Below the pieces are notes generated by a model that was not told the DNA's origin, did no database searches, and saw nothing but the letters and a program-made list of their open reading frames with translations. The position numbers and the translations under genes are program-made. From Tubiluchus corallicola (taxonomy: Eukaryota; Animalia; Priapulida), in assembly GCA_030141605.1 (NCBI GenBank), contig JAQGDQ010001369.1, positions 19,188 to 44,097 on the forward strand: a stretch of 24,910 nt of DNA. Reading direction: 5' to 3'. Shown here piece by piece: positions 22,648 to 24,910 of the stretch; position 1 is the first letter of the stretch, and each line of letters starts with the position of its first letter.

Positions 22648-22898
22648 TACTTCTGCAGCTTACGTAACATTCACGCAGAAGTATCACAAAATTCGCTGTC
22701 TAATTTTTTGTAAAAACTTTTCATACTTTTGACGGAAATTGACGGTTCGCTGCTTTTTCGGCCGATGAACAACGTCATTGGTGGAATAACGTCATTGGTG
22801 GAAGAACGTGTGTTCAAAATGAGAGCACCCAAGGGTGAAATGATCTCGACGTTAAAGTGATTTACTAATCACACTTTTATTACTAAATTCTTCTAACA
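22648..22898 (+). repeat. Dispersed repeat family C, copy 2
   Basis: Diverged match to 12330-12570; contains a local duplication AACGTCATTGGTGGAA x2 near 22771-22803. Confidence 0.75.
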
Positions 22899-23084
22899 TT
22901 TTTTGCGACCATTGAAATAACCTAACATCCCAAAAAGCTTGACCTCTCCTTTAATTAAGAATTTTTCTTAATTAAATAATGACCTATGATAAATAATTAA
23001 TATATCCCAACAAAAGAGTACACAACAATTTAATGAATTTTAATATTACTAATCAACGTGCTGTGTTTTTGAAGGTCCTTCACC

Positions 23085-23227
23085 ATCTCTTGCTCTCTTT
23101 CTTCTCTATAGTTCTATTTCTCCTTCCCCATCTCTCTTCTTTTTCTTTATCTTTTTCTTCCCACCTCCCGTACTTGCTTCTTGTTCGCTGTTTCTCAATA
23201 TCTTTTGTACTTTTACTCCTTTTCCCG

Positions 23228-23295
<68 letters not shown>

Positions 23296-23630
23296 TCTTT
23301 CTCTCTCTATCTTTCTGTTTTCCTTCTCTTTTTCCGTCCCCTCTCTTTTCCTCTCCCCTCTCTCTTGCTTTCTTTGTCTCTCTCTTTCTCTCTGTCTCCC
23401 TTTACTTCCCTGTTTATATCTCCCTCCCTTTCGCTCTACCTGTTTTCTCTCTCTCTTTCTCTGTCATTCACTCACTTTCCTTCTTTCTGTTTTTCTATTT
23501 TTTCCTCCCCTGCCCTCTCCTTTCCTCTCTCCACTCTCTTGTTCTCTTTGTCTCTCTCTTTCTTTCTCTGTTTCTGTCTTTCTTTACTTCTCTGTTTCTA
23601 TCTCCTCTCTTTCACTCAACCTCTTTTCTC

Positions 23631-23662
<32 letters not shown>

Positions 23663-23731
23663 CTCTCTTTCTCTCTCTCTCTCTCTCCCCCCCCTCTCTC
23701 TCTCTCTCCGTCTCTCTCTCTCTCTCTCTCT

Positions 23732-23777
<46 letters not shown>

Positions 23778-24014
23778 CTCTCTCTCTCTCTCTCCCCTCT
23801 CACTCTCTCTCTCTCTCTCTCCCTCTCTCTCTTTCTCTTTGTCTCTCTCTCTCTCTCTCTCTTTCTCTGTCACTCACTCACTCTCCTTCTTTCTGTGTTT
23901 TCTATTTTTTCCTCCCCTGCCCTCTCCTTTCCTCTCTCCTCTCTCTCTCTTTCTCTCTTTCTGTCTTTCTTTACTTCTCTGTTTCTATCTCCTCTCTTTC
24001 ACTCAACTTCTTCT

Positions 24015-24079
<65 letters not shown>

Positions 24080-24089
24080 TCTCTCTCTT
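23085..24089. repeat. ~1-kb polypyrimidine / (CT)n low-complexity tract with an internal duplication
   Basis: Directly visible; segment ~23452-23625 recurs at ~23858-24012; explains the LS-rich and ER-rich ORFs. Confidence 0.97.
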
Positions 24090-24910
24090 GATGCCACATT
24101 TTATATTGGTACATTTTATTTTATACTAGAAGCTCTCTTCGCAACATATTCAGCGGCTATCTAGTTGGCTAAAATTTTTCCCAATTTAGACTTGTATTTA
24201 ATCCCAAACAACAATTTTGGCTTGATTACCATAGCAACAAGCACTCATCGTGTTCTTTCTAGTTAAATACTCAATAACTGCAGCAACAGTTTAAAAGTGC
24301 CTTTGATCCTTGTATTTTAAAAAAAGGTGATTTTTTATATCTACTCATTCCTCAGATGAGATAGGTGAATGGCAATTGTAAAAAACTTATTAAAAGACAT
24401 TTAAATTCCCTAATCTCTGGGTTTTTTTACTATGAATAAATACAAAAAATTCCACGCGTATGAAAGAATACAATCGCACACTGACTAAAAAGTGCATGAA
24501 AAAACACAGCAAAAAATTAGTGGCTACAATTTCAGAATATTACAGCTACAGAATTTTTTGATAATCTTTCTTACAATTGTGAAATTGAAGTTTAAGCAGG
24601 AAAAGAAATCGTCATCGAATAGAAGCAAAATTCGTAAACAAAGAAGTTTAAGAATGAACAAACATTTTACAACATAGAATAAAATAATCTTATAGAATAG
24701 AAAATATCTCTTTTTTTCTAATAAGTTTGCTGCTTCTCTTGCTAAATGCAAAACAAGCAGGTACAAAAAATTATAGCTAATTACTTAATGGGGGCTTAGA
24801 CTTGGTATACGGATGTGAACTTTATAAATATTTCCATTTCATAAGTGCTTGTGGTGCGTTAGAAACTCTGAGCTTTCGCAAGCATTGAGGGAAAAGGCAT
24901 CCATTTCTTC

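Noticed and set aside
23033-24164. LS-rich and ER-rich ORFs
   Set aside because: Translation of the (CT)n/(GA)n low-complexity tract.
24225-24238. RFX X-box-like ATTACCATAGCAAC
   Set aside because: Single imperfect motif with no adjacent gene start; such motifs are frequent in repeat remnants.

Overview
AT-rich eukaryotic (probably invertebrate animal) non-coding DNA that is almost entirely repetitive. I found no intact protein-coding gene, RNA gene or CRISPR array, and all long ORFs in the track are artefacts of microsatellites or tandem arrays. Well supported content: two independent insertions of a ~310-bp hAT MITE with perfect 8-bp TSDs, a second hAT-type MITE, a piggyBac-type MITE (TTAA), a pogo/Tigger-type MITE (TA), and a degraded CR1-type LINE ORF2 C-terminus. 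There are also several 5'-truncated CR1/L2-like 3' ends, an LTR-like segment, four minisatellite arrays (74, 56, ~31 and 72 bp units), a 1.45-kb compound microsatellite, a 1-kb polypyrimidine tract and four pairs of dispersed repeats. The most interesting patterns are three tandem arrays that each appear to sit inside a transposon, and a shared two-stem 3'-end architecture in up to six sequence-divergent LINE tails. I did not find convincing evidence of a novel gene-encoded system.
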